Shown here one piece after another: positions 8,701 to 16,332 of a stretch of DNA of 64,000 nucleotides (positions within the stretch are counted from its first letter, which is position 1; each line of letters begins with the position of its first letter). Source of the DNA: Caldilineae bacterium (GTDB lineage: Bacteria; Chloroflexota; Anaerolineae; JAAEKA01); assembly GCA_020634555.1 (NCBI GenBank), contig JACKBK010000009.1:46140-110139 (forward strand), in the 5' to 3' direction. The notes beneath the pieces are model-generated. The model was not told the DNA's origin. It saw nothing but the letters and a program-made list of their open reading frames with translations, and did not search any database. Both the position numbers and the translations under genes were made by a program.

Positions 8701-9273
8701 ACACGGTTGGGGGATGCGGATCAACTCAACGGGCAGACCATCGACCGCTACCTGCAAAGCGTCATACTCCTGATCAGGGTCGATTTCCATCAACCCTCCG
8801 GGGTAGTCGCTGAGGTTGGCCGGGCTGGCCACGGCGACGACGATCTTGAGCGGGTAGGCGCGCACCGGCTCGCCGTACTCCTGCGACAGCGCGATATAGC
8901 GGGAGAAGGGGGTCGCATCGCTCGCGGCCAGATTGACGCCGATGCCGCCTTCGCCGACTTCCTGCATGAGTTCCCAGGGAACTGCATACAGATTCGGCGC
9001 GCTGCTGTCGATGCTCAGCCGGATGCGGCGCTGCGGACGCGCACCGCGGATCAGATCCCAGGCGCTGCGCACGAGGTCGTCCTGCACCAGCAGGTTGAAT
9101 AGCTCGCGGCCTGCCTCAGCGTCCAGCCGCCGCGGCGTCCAGTCCGCGATGTCGGGGGTGATGAAGCCGCCGCGGAACATACGCTGGTTGTCCAGCGAAA
9201 GTTCGACCGGATAGCCGGCCGGCTCGCGTTTCAGTAAGCGAATCTCGAGGTCGGCGTGAGTGAGTGGTGTCAT
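5707..9273 (-). CDS. CHAT (caspase-fold) protease domain - NACHT-like STAND module with degenerate Walker A - HEAT repeat protein
   Basis: 1188 aa. HLIAHG (His212, nt 8638-8640) and FLASCQSA (Cys266, nt 8476-8478) form the CHAT dyad. Central LLGGYGSNRGT (nt 7921-7947) sits where a P-loop would be, followed by FVFNTDDS and an LILQPMSRRRIRHFL pattern. C-terminal HEAT/PBS-lyase-like repeats (AAELLGQIASPRAVEQL, AIDALASLGNEDSLANL). Confidence 0.8.
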   Translation of the reverse strand: MTPLTHADLEIRLLKREPAGYPVELSLDNQRMFRGGFITPDIADWTPRRLDAEAGRELFNLLVQDDLVRSAWDLIRGARPQRRIRLSIDSSAPNLYAVPWELMQEVGEGGIGVNLAASDATPFSRYIALSQEYGEPVRAYPLKIVVAVASPANLSDYPGGLMEIDPDQEYDALQVAVDGLPVELIRIPQPCTLEAIDAALSNGAHVLHLIAHGALSRHGRAVILLANRNNQVRHIYADEHAGLLALHARDAAQRPDALRLVFLASCQSATADPTDAFRAFAPRLVQAGVPAVLAMQDLVPINTARAFTQAFYRQLLRHGEVDLASNQARAALLSGRWPAAHVPVLFMRLTDGQLLAPNPARTALENILADPRFSFFDPANGKYIPLPVEAVHITGHQDLSQFQAAGGESTASIDIWNALEEVLERHTPHDGHGDGPRVLALLGGYGSNRGTQLKRIVWNTARMSLNPGEADFVLPVYIDLETMPSTSLASNDLIEKLVAEKLEAIWPGAAAVTSGLLAGREPLLRFVFNTDDSLPEREQAAWLNRLRQFIIQHPQHQYVVGANLETFDARWFAGLDQHLLILQPMSRRRIRHFLQHLPANDRGGLPLLERLDRFGIYDLAAVPWFMVKLLSHARDGTYPESRTQMLGKIVDDAVAGTVDRMTRSSQTPTLNRQGLHSHIDQILNALAWRLQTGRVRELSLADAFAIMKAVRGDREYSLERMVEALVANRLLTTYGIDSLRFAYGRIQAYCCAREIIARPDREESLDDITSTLGRLSRLHWWEETLVFSAGLLAGDADAVAPFLEIMVYGMNLLESERTFLAARCLSEAANQPPPEEIASLNDTVTAALIWRLQSTNEPDSAQRSRAAELLGQIASPRAVEQLAKTAYYQTRLDRRGGAAYDYSNVRMAAIIGLLRMGETDQEELLAGIDLVLTELLYLWQSRDVPLLIEWLDQDVNTSAQGLAAMALGDLHMQLKLSPEGQPAAQQAIDALADKFLHGEMDEATHWAVAYALATVDLPTVRQAVLIPLLNNLDTLLPPGARGLQQLKCLAYLIGLVRWQSPEARAFLLERCIRDAADPNLMAVAIDALARLADTRDRLLMEAIAQGEPPADAAPHFASFSAPNQQYLRRKAIDALASLGNEDSLANLRQRRGGPAGWNQDLEQALYRTSEEIFWRQYRDDGLTLRVRS

Positions 9274-9395
9274 AGGACTCGCATTTTCTTGCTGATCTGC
9301 CGTACGACAGGGTCTGGTGTCTATCCGATGCTGCTAATCCATTGCAGGTTAAAGCCCTGTGCCCGTTCGGGAGTTCCCGGAGCGCCCACAAGGGG

Positions 9396-10436
9396 CTATT
9401 CCCGCGCGATCTCTAAAAGATCCCCCAGCACTGCATACCCCGTCTCCATTCGCCCCGCACCGGGACCGACCAGTGTCACGTCGCCCAGCAGGTCGGTGGT
9501 GTAGGTTACAGCGTTGACGGCGCCGCCGACGCCGGCCAGTGGATGGCTCAGCGGTACACGGGTTGGGGTTACACTGGCTTTGGTGGTTCCATCCGAGTGC
9601 CACACCTTGGCGATCAATTTCCAGCGTTCGCCGGCCGCCCGCGCTGCATCTACGTCGGCCAACGTTAGCTTGCTGATCCCGGTGCGGTCTACGGCAGCAA
9701 CCTGCAAGTCGCCGCCCATCAGCACGTTGGCCAGAATTACAGCTTTGCCGGCCGCGTCCCATCCCTCCACGTCTGCGGTGGGGTCGGCCTCTGCGTAGCC
9801 CAGCCGTTGCGCCTCAGCCAGCGCGCTGGCATAGCTTTGACCGGTTTCCATCTGCGTCAGGATGTAGTTGGTGGTGCCGTTGAGAATGCCCTGAATTTGG
9901 CTGATCGTGCAGCCGGCCAACGCGCGCTGGGCCAGGCGGATGGCCGGCGTGCCGCTCATCACCGTGCCCTCGAAACGAAACTGGACGCCCTGCGCGGCCG
10001 CCAGGCCGGCCAGTTCCTGGTATGCCAGCGCGACCGGTCCCTTGTTGGTCAGCACCGCGTTCTTGCCGTTCTCGAATGCTGCCTTGACGTGATCGATGGC
10101 CGGCTGGCCCGTCTGTACGTCTGTCCAACTGATCTCGACCACCGTGTCGGCATTGCTGCGGCGGATGGTCTCCAGGCTGTCCAGGCCGGTGAACAGGCCG
10201 CGGTTGACAGGGTATTCTTCCAGCTTGCCGGTGCGCCGGACCACCTCCAGCAGGGCTGCTGCGTCCAGACCGGTTGCCTGATAGAGACTGCCTTTCAGCA
10301 GATCGCTGACTGCGACGATCTGGAAACGGACGCCGTGCTGCTGCTCCAGACTGTCGCCTTTGTCGACGAGAATCTCGGCTAGTCCCTGACCGACGGTACC
10401 GAAGCCGATCAGGGCGATGCGGTGGGTGATTGTCAT
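9396..10436 (-). CDS. hom: Homoserine dehydrogenase
   Basis: 346 aa. N-terminal Rossmann motif IALIGFGTVGQG. Central GILNGTTNYIL and AEADPTADVEGWDAA motifs are typical of homoserine dehydrogenase. GAGGAGG lies upstream of the ATG. Confidence 0.9.
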   Translation of the reverse strand: MTITHRIALIGFGTVGQGLAEILVDKGDSLEQQHGVRFQIVAVSDLLKGSLYQATGLDAAALLEVVRRTGKLEEYPVNRGLFTGLDSLETIRRSNADTVVEISWTDVQTGQPAIDHVKAAFENGKNAVLTNKGPVALAYQELAGLAAAQGVQFRFEGTVMSGTPAIRLAQRALAGCTISQIQGILNGTTNYILTQMETGQSYASALAEAQRLGYAEADPTADVEGWDAAGKAVILANVLMGGDLQVAAVDRTGISKLTLADVDAARAAGERWKLIAKVWHSDGTTKASVTPTRVPLSHPLAGVGGAVNAVTYTTDLLGDVTLVGPGAGRMETGYAVLGDLLEIARE

Positions 10437-10475
10437 GAGGTGTCCTCCTCTTCGGTATTCATCGTTTATCGTTCA

Positions 10476-12296
10476 TCATTCAAGGTTCTCCGCCCCGCTG
10501 CGCTTGATGACGACGAATGTCACGTCATCTGACTGTTCAGCCTCTTCGGTGAAACGGTTGTAGGCGTCGACGATCTCGTTGGCGATTGTGTGCGCCGAAC
10601 CGCCGGCGCTGCTTCGGAGGATTTCCATTAGCCGCTGGGTTCCAAACATGCCGTCGTCCCGATCCAGTGCCTCGGTGACTCCGTCGGTGTAGAGCACCAG
10701 CACGTCCTCCCTGCCAAGCTGGATGCGCCGCTCTTCGATGGTGATGTCATCAAAGACGCCCAGAATGATTCCCTTGGCGCGCAGTTCCTTGACCGTTGCC
10801 TTGGATGCATTGTACCACAGGGGCCGGTTATGGCCGCCGTTGGCAAACAGGAAACGGCCGGTTTCGGTCTCCAGAATGCCATAGAAGGCGCTCAGGAAAA
10901 GGTCGCTGGCGCTGTCGTTCAGGATCAAGCGATTGGCGCGCTTCAGGGCTGCGGCCGCTCCGCGGCCACTGAGGGCGGTGGTGCGAATAATCGTGCGGCT
11001 GAGCGCCATGAAAAGCGCAGCGGGTATCCCCTTGTCAGCCACGTCGGCAACCAGGATGCCCAGGCGCTCACGGTTGCCAGGCAGTTCGAAGAAGTCGTAG
11101 AAGTCGCCGCCCACCGTGCGCGCTGCTTGATAGACGGCCACGATCTCCCAGCCGGGGATCGACGGGCAGGCTTTGGGCAGCATACTGAGCTGGATCTGCC
11201 GTCCCACCGCCAGTTCCTCGTCCAGCCGCTGGCGGCGCGCTTCTGCCTGGCGCAGATGGGCGCCTTCGATAGCGATGGCGGCCTGGTTAGCCATCAACTG
11301 CAGCAAGCGCAGCTCATCTTCGTCGATGAGGCGCGGACGGCGCATTCCGATCATCAACGCACCGGCGGCGCCTCCCTCGGAGATCAGCGGAATGACGGCA
11401 AAACCGCGAAAGTCTTCGGCTGCGAACCAACTGGCCTCACCCAGCGGCACTGTTACCTCGCTCAGGTCTTCGAGAATGATCGGAAGCTGCGAACGCATGG
11501 CGCGGCTGGCGCTGTTCAACCCGTCGTCGCGCAGCGTGCGGCCGCGGCTCACCGGATCGTCCCGCCAACCGGCTGCCGCGCTGAACATCAAAAATCCCTC
11601 GGCGTCGGACGGCAGAATCACTGCGCAGGCGTCGACCTTCAGCAGGCGCAGCGTCTCCAGCGCCAAATACTCCATCAGGTCTTCCAGCCGCGGGCGCTCC
11701 AGCAGTTGATTGGTGAACTCCAGCAGCGTTGCCTGCTCGTCGATGCGTCGTTCGCGCAGCATGTCGAACAACCGGGCGCGCTCCAGGGCAATGCCGATCA
11801 GCGTGCCGGCGTTGGTCAGCAACGCCAGCCGTTCCGGTGTGAACGACTCCCAGTCCGGCGCGGCAACGTTCATGATTCCGAGAACCTCATCCCCGGAACG
11901 CAACGGCGTTGAGGCGTGGATCACCAAACCCTGGCGGTCGGCTGGGCGCGCTTCGGCCAGCCGCGAGCAGCGGACCTCGTTGTAGGCCTCGGTCAGCTTG
12001 TCACGGTTGCAGAGCGCCTGGCAATCGCAGCCTCCCTTCCAGGGTTTGGCGCGATGCAGCGCCAGACCCGGCGGCAGGTTATGGTGCGCCGCCAAGTGAT
12101 AGTTGCGGCCGGCCCATTGGTTTTTCGAAGTCTCATCGCGCAGAAAGATCCAGCCGGTCTCCAGCCCCATCAGCTCGATGATGTGCGCCAGCGCCGAGTC
12201 CAGTGCGCTTTGGACGTCCACTGCCCGGTTCAGGGTATCGGCGATCTGGTTGAGTGCGGTCAGGCTGGCGATCAAGTCTTGTGTGTCGGTGGTCAT
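10476..12296 (-). CDS. GAF-GAF sensor fused to PP2C-type (SpoIIE/RsbU-like) serine phosphatase
   Basis: Start trimmed to the ATG at 12296 (MTTDTQDLIASL...), just after the queG stop. C-terminal GGDFYDFF, ADVADKGIPAALFMA and YTDGVTEA motifs indicate a PPM phosphatase. Confidence 0.8.
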   Translation of the reverse strand: MTTDTQDLIASLTALNQIADTLNRAVDVQSALDSALAHIIELMGLETGWIFLRDETSKNQWAGRNYHLAAHHNLPPGLALHRAKPWKGGCDCQALCNRDKLTEAYNEVRCSRLAEARPADRQGLVIHASTPLRSGDEVLGIMNVAAPDWESFTPERLALLTNAGTLIGIALERARLFDMLRERRIDEQATLLEFTNQLLERPRLEDLMEYLALETLRLLKVDACAVILPSDAEGFLMFSAAAGWRDDPVSRGRTLRDDGLNSASRAMRSQLPIILEDLSEVTVPLGEASWFAAEDFRGFAVIPLISEGGAAGALMIGMRRPRLIDEDELRLLQLMANQAAIAIEGAHLRQAEARRQRLDEELAVGRQIQLSMLPKACPSIPGWEIVAVYQAARTVGGDFYDFFELPGNRERLGILVADVADKGIPAALFMALSRTIIRTTALSGRGAAAALKRANRLILNDSASDLFLSAFYGILETETGRFLFANGGHNRPLWYNASKATVKELRAKGIILGVFDDITIEERRIQLGREDVLVLYTDGVTEALDRDDGMFGTQRLMEILRSSAGGSAHTIANEIVDAYNRFTEEAEQSDDVTFVVIKRSGAENLE

Positions 12297-12315
12297 CGGA
12301 ATCAACGGCCGTCTT

Positions 12316-13476
12316 TCACGTTTTACGAGATTCCAAAGCGTCAATGAGTTCCTCGCGCACAGTACTATCCGTCTCAACTATCAGACGTTGTGAGAGCGCT
12401 TGGCTCGCCTTCGCGTTGTCTATGCGGCCCAGCGCCCAGGCTGCGTGCTGCCGGATCAACGGCTCGGCATCGGCCAGCGTTGTGGTCAGCGGGCCGATGG
12501 CTGCCGGATCGCCCCAGTTGCCAAGGGCCACGCAGACGTTGCGCAGCAGGCCACGGCGTTTGGCGCGGCGTACGGGCGAGTTCCTGAAGCGCCGGCGAAA
12601 TGCATCCTCGTCCAGCGCCAGCAGATCCAGCAACAGTGGTGCACTCATTTCCGGGCGTACCTGCAACACTGCGCGCTGGGCAGGGCGGGCAAAGCGGCGA
12701 TTCCACGGACACACGTCCTGACACAGGTCGCAGCCAAAAATCCAGTTGCCCATCAGCGGTCGCAGCTCGCGCGGGATGGCGCCTTTTGCCTCGATGGTCA
12801 GGTAGCTGATGCAGCGGCGGGCGTCCAGCAGGTACGGCTTTGGCAGCGCGCCGGTGGGACACACATCCAGGCAACGAGTGCATCGCCCGCACGTTCCCGG
12901 CTGTGCCGATGGGGACGTTCGCTCAGCCATCTCCTCAGGTACCACCAGCCCGGCTAAAAACAACCATGAGCCGCGCGCCGGCGAGATCAGACAGGTGTTC
13001 TTGCCGACGAATCCCAGCCCGGCAGCCTGTGCCCAGCTTCGTTCCAGCACCGGGGCTGTATCGATGAAGACTCTGCCGCGAGTCGTCCGGCCAGACACGG
13101 CACGGATGGCCGCGTCGAGGCGGAAGAGCAACGGCTTCAGCGCCTCGTGGTAGTCGTCGCTCCACGCGTAGGCTGCTATCTGGCCGCGCGCCGGGTCGCG
13201 ACGCAGCGCGGCCGGCAGGATCTCGCGGAAGTAGCTGACGCCGACCAGTACCAGGGAACGGGCCTCGGGAACCCAGACGCGCACGTCGGCTCGCTCGGCA
13301 ACTCGTTTGGCCAGATAGGCCATCTCGCCGTGATGACCGCCCGACAACCAATCATCGAATCGGCCAAAGTCAGGCGCCGGCCCGGCTGCCGTCACACCTA
13401 CCAGGTCGAACCCCAGATCGTGCGCGGCGGCTACTGCAAGGTCGGTAAGGGAAGCGGGGTTCACACCGGCTATCAT
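12316..13476 (-). CDS. queG: Epoxyqueuosine reductase QueG
   Basis: GHHGEMAYL motif, two 4Fe-4S ferredoxin motifs (CGRCTRCLDVCP, CDLCQDVCPWN) and a C-terminal HEAT-like tail. ATG at 13476 preferred; the track start at 13500 is a TTG. Confidence 0.85.
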   Translation of the reverse strand: MIAGVNPASLTDLAVAAAHDLGFDLVGVTAAGPAPDFGRFDDWLSGGHHGEMAYLAKRVAERADVRVWVPEARSLVLVGVSYFREILPAALRRDPARGQIAAYAWSDDYHEALKPLLFRLDAAIRAVSGRTTRGRVFIDTAPVLERSWAQAAGLGFVGKNTCLISPARGSWLFLAGLVVPEEMAERTSPSAQPGTCGRCTRCLDVCPTGALPKPYLLDARRCISYLTIEAKGAIPRELRPLMGNWIFGCDLCQDVCPWNRRFARPAQRAVLQVRPEMSAPLLLDLLALDEDAFRRRFRNSPVRRAKRRGLLRNVCVALGNWGDPAAIGPLTTTLADAEPLIRQHAAWALGRIDNAKASQALSQRLIVETDSTVREELIDALESRKT

Positions 13477-13558
13477 GCCAGAAGCACGGGCAGTTGTCAA
13501 ACGGTTCCGCGGCGCGAAAAAGCCGCCAGCGTCGGCCGGCGGCTTTGGTAATTCTAAC

Positions 13559-13939
13559 GTATACTGTTCAGCCTACATTGTTGTGTCACTCCCGCGAAGG
13601 CGGGAGTCTAGCGCCGGTGAAGATGTGGATTCCCGCCTTCGCGGGAATGACGGATCAGCCTACATTGTCGTGTCACTCCCGCGAAGGCGGGAGTCTAGCG
13701 CCGGTGAAGATGTGGATTCCCGCCTTCGCGGGAATGACGGATCAGCCTACATTGTCGTGTCACTCCCGCGAAGGCGGGAGTCTAGCGCCGGTGAAGATGT
13801 GGATTCCCGCCTTCGCGGGAATGACGGATCAGCCTACATTGTCGTGTCACTCCCGCGAAGGCGGGAGTCTAGCGCCGGTGAAGATGTGGATTCCCGCCTT
13901 CGCGGGAATGACGCGTATGTGCGACGGGTGATCAGTTAC
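13559..13939. repeat. Composite MITE/REP-like element: one pair of termini enclosing 4 tandem 87-bp core units
   Basis: The unit CAGCCTACATTGTCGTGTCACTCCCGCGAAGGCGGGAGTCTAGCGCCGGTGAAGATGTGGATTCCCGCCTTCGCGGGAATGACGGAT repeats four times from 13569, nearly perfectly. Flanks are GTATACTGTTCA ... TGATCAGTTAC. It produces the artefactual 29-aa-repeat ORF 13475..14041. Confidence 0.9.
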
Positions 13940-13977
13940 CTGTTTGAAAGGCGTCCAAGCGACTTCGCAAACAGATT

Positions 13978-14694
13978 CTACTCGGCGGGTTCTGTGACGG
14001 CAGCTTCGATTTGCGCCAGAGTTGCTGAGTCGATCCGATAATCCTTGGAGCGCTGCCGAAGCAATGCCTTCAGGCCCTTTGACTGCACCACGGGGATGGC
14101 GGGGTTGCTCAGTTGCAGATCCACGTTGGGATTGGTGAACAGCGCCAACGGCTGCACTTCGATGCTTGCCTCAGGCAGGTGGGCATCCAGAAATTTCTGC
14201 ACCTTGTTGGCATCCTCGATAGCGTCAGCGGTAGGGTTGCCGATGCCGTCGCCGCTGAAGGCCGCCAGGAATCGCATCACGCCACCTTTCTGGCTCCAGC
14301 GATTGCCGGTGTTGCTGACCTTGCCGCCTTGCTCGCGCAGCGCAAACGTGTAGACGCCGCTGGGACCGACGAAAACGTAGGAGGCCGGCAGCGTGAACGA
14401 GTAAAGGACGTAGCGGTCGTCGAAGCCCTTGAGCTCCTTGGCGAGACGCTCATCCGGGCGCGGGCTGCGGCCAAAACGGCGCATGTTGTGCGAACCGACG
14501 TTGGCCAGGATGAAGCCCAGGATCAGACAGGCAAAAGAACCCATCAGCGTGATCTGGTAGTTTTGAGTGTTGGTTGGATTGGCGCGAAAGCTAAGAACCA
14601 TGCCGACGCCCAACACGGCTAAGCCGCCCCAACTGGCATATTTGCCCAGCCTGGCGCGGCGTGCGATCAGTTTTTCGTTTGTGTATGCTCGCAT
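13978..14694 (-). CDS. Membrane protein: two N-terminal TM helices plus NERD-like soluble domain (tentative)
   Basis: 238 aa. Hydrophobic segments WGGLAVLGVGMVLSF and LMGSFACLILGFILANV. YVFVGPSGVYTFALREQGGKV resembles the NERD core strand pattern. Family call is weak. Confidence 0.4.
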   Translation of the reverse strand: MRAYTNEKLIARRARLGKYASWGGLAVLGVGMVLSFRANPTNTQNYQITLMGSFACLILGFILANVGSHNMRRFGRSPRPDERLAKELKGFDDRYVLYSFTLPASYVFVGPSGVYTFALREQGGKVSNTGNRWSQKGGVMRFLAAFSGDGIGNPTADAIEDANKVQKFLDAHLPEASIEVQPLALFTNPNVDLQLSNPAIPVVQSKGLKALLRQRSKDYRIDSATLAQIEAAVTEPAE

Positions 14695-14710
14695 AATCTC
14701 GTTGTATTCG

Positions 14711-14743
14711 AGTGCCAGTCACTTTCCGAAAGTGACTGGCACT
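14711..14743 (-). terminator. 33-nt perfect palindrome just downstream of the fabF stop
   Basis: AGTGCCAGTCACTTTCCGAAAGTGACTGGCACT gives a stem of about 14-15 bp. No clear U-tract, so it may be a terminator or an RNA-stability hairpin. Confidence 0.4.
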
Positions 14744-14748
14744 TCTCG

Positions 14749-16161
14749 TTATTCGCGGAACTTGCCGACGATCAGGGTGGCGTTCTGCCCGCCCAAACCA
14801 AAGGAGTTTGAGAGAGCCGCGTTGACCTCGGCCTTGCGCGCTACGTGCGGCACATAGTCCAGGTCGCACTCGGGGTCGGGAAAATCAAGATTGATGGTTG
14901 GGTGAATGTTGTCGGTGTAAACAGTCCTTACACACGCCATGGCTTCCACTGCCCCGGCGCCGCCGAACAGGTGGCCGATCATCGATTTGGTTGAGCTGAT
15001 CGGAATCTGATAGGCGCGCGGGCCGAATACGTCCTTGATCGCCTTGGTCTCATGGGCGTCTCCCAAAGGAGTACCGGCGGCGTGGGCGTTGATATACTCG
15101 ATAGCGTCGGGGCTGATCTCGGCGTCGGCCAGCGCAGCGTGCATAGCCAGGGCTGCGCCGATGGCCTTCGGGTCAGGTGCGGCGATGTGGTAGGCGTCGG
15201 CGGACTGGCCCCAGCCCAGCACTTCGGCGTAGATTCGCGCGCCGCGGCCGAGAGCATGTTCCAGGCTTTCCAGCACAAACACCCCTGCGCCTTCACCGAT
15301 GACGAAACCGTCTCGCTTGGCGTCAAAGGGCCGGCTGGCTTTGGATGGTTCGTCGTTGTTCTTGGTGACGGCGCGCATAGCCTCGAAGCTGGCGTAGAAC
15401 AGATCGACGATCAGCCCCTCGACCCCACCGGCGAACATCACGTCGGCCGAGCCGCGCCGGATCTCCTCGGTGGCTGTGCCGATGGCCTGGGTTCCGGCCG
15501 CACAGGCGGTGACGATGGTGTTCAACGGGCCTTGCGCGCCAAAAGTCTGGCTGATGTGAAAGGCAGGCATGTTTGGCAATCCGTTGATCGCCTCCAGCGG
15601 CCGGCTTTTGACACGGTTCTCGCCGGAACGCACCGACTCGGTGATCATGTTGTTGTACTGATCCATGCCGCCCAGTCCGGTTCCCATGATGACGCCGACG
15701 CGGCTCTTGTCCAGGCCCTCCACGTCGAGACCGGAATCCTCCACGGCATCGTATGCCGCGACAACGGACAACTGCGAGCAGCGCGCCATGCGCCGGGCTT
15801 CCTTGCGCGGAATGCGGAGGGTGGGATCGAAGTTCTTTACCTCACCGCCGACCTGGCTGGAGTATGGTGTGACGTCGAACTGAGTCACTCGTGTAACGCC
15901 AGACTTGCCGGCCAGCAGCGCTTCCCATGTCTCAGCTGATGTATTGCCAACAGGAGTCACCGCGCCGAGACCGGTCACCACAACTCGGCGTCGTTGATGT
16001 CCCGAACCACTGACCGCCGAGCGGAGCGCTGTGAGCAGCGCTGTTTCGTTTGTAGCGGCAAGATCGGTGGGGGTTTGGCCGTTGAGGCCCTGCAACTCGC
16101 CGATCAAGGCGTGACGCATGTTGGGGGATAGCCGTTGAAGCAGTTCGCGTAATTCTGACAT
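14749..16161 (-). CDS. fabF: Beta-ketoacyl-ACP synthase II with about 55-aa N-terminal extension
   Basis: RRVVVTGLGAVTPVG onward is a canonical KAS II, with active-site Cys (TACAAG) and His residues (HGTPLGD-like AHAAGTPLGD, GHLFGGAG). The extension has no alternative in-frame start nearer than Met15. Confidence 0.9.
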   Translation of the reverse strand: MSELRELLQRLSPNMRHALIGELQGLNGQTPTDLAATNETALLTALRSAVSGSGHQRRRVVVTGLGAVTPVGNTSAETWEALLAGKSGVTRVTQFDVTPYSSQVGGEVKNFDPTLRIPRKEARRMARCSQLSVVAAYDAVEDSGLDVEGLDKSRVGVIMGTGLGGMDQYNNMITESVRSGENRVKSRPLEAINGLPNMPAFHISQTFGAQGPLNTIVTACAAGTQAIGTATEEIRRGSADVMFAGGVEGLIVDLFYASFEAMRAVTKNNDEPSKASRPFDAKRDGFVIGEGAGVFVLESLEHALGRGARIYAEVLGWGQSADAYHIAAPDPKAIGAALAMHAALADAEISPDAIEYINAHAAGTPLGDAHETKAIKDVFGPRAYQIPISSTKSMIGHLFGGAGAVEAMACVRTVYTDNIHPTINLDFPDPECDLDYVPHVARKAEVNAALSNSFGLGGQNATLIVGKFRE

Positions 16162-16181
16162 GATCTCACTCTCTCTTTGTC

Positions 16182-16291
16182 GTAACTGCTCAGCCTACAC
16201 AGTGTCGTCATTCCCGCGAAGGCGGGAATCCATTTCTCTCAGACTTGGATTCCCGCCTTCGCGGCGCGAAGCGTGACGGGTGAGCAGTTAC
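16182..16291. repeat. Palindromic MITE/REP-like dispersed repeat, single unit with clear terminal inverted repeats
   Basis: GTAACTGCTCA...GTCATTCCCGCGAAGGCGGGAATCC...GGATTCCCGCCTTCGCGG...TGAGCAGTTAC. Lies between plsX and fabF. Confidence 0.85.
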
Positions 16292-16332
16292 ACTTTGCCT
16301 TGGAAAATCCTGTGTTCAAGGTTGCTTCAAGC

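Noticed and set aside
10476-12296. GAF-GAF-PP2C phosphatase as part of an unusual system with hom and queG
   Set aside because: It is a common stand-alone signalling architecture, and no partner anti-sigma/anti-anti-sigma genes are nearby.
13559-13939. Possible CRISPR array
   Set aside because: The units are contiguous, near-identical 87-mers with no unique spacers. No cas genes are nearby, and the same core occurs singly at four other loci.
13475-14041. 188-aa ORF with four perfect 29-aa repeats ([29 protein letters not shown]), plus a second-frame ORF at 13494..13931
   Set aside because: Both are translations of the 87-bp DNA tandem repeat. 87 is divisible by 3, so every frame stays open. 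There is no RBS, and the palindromic DNA explains the pattern.
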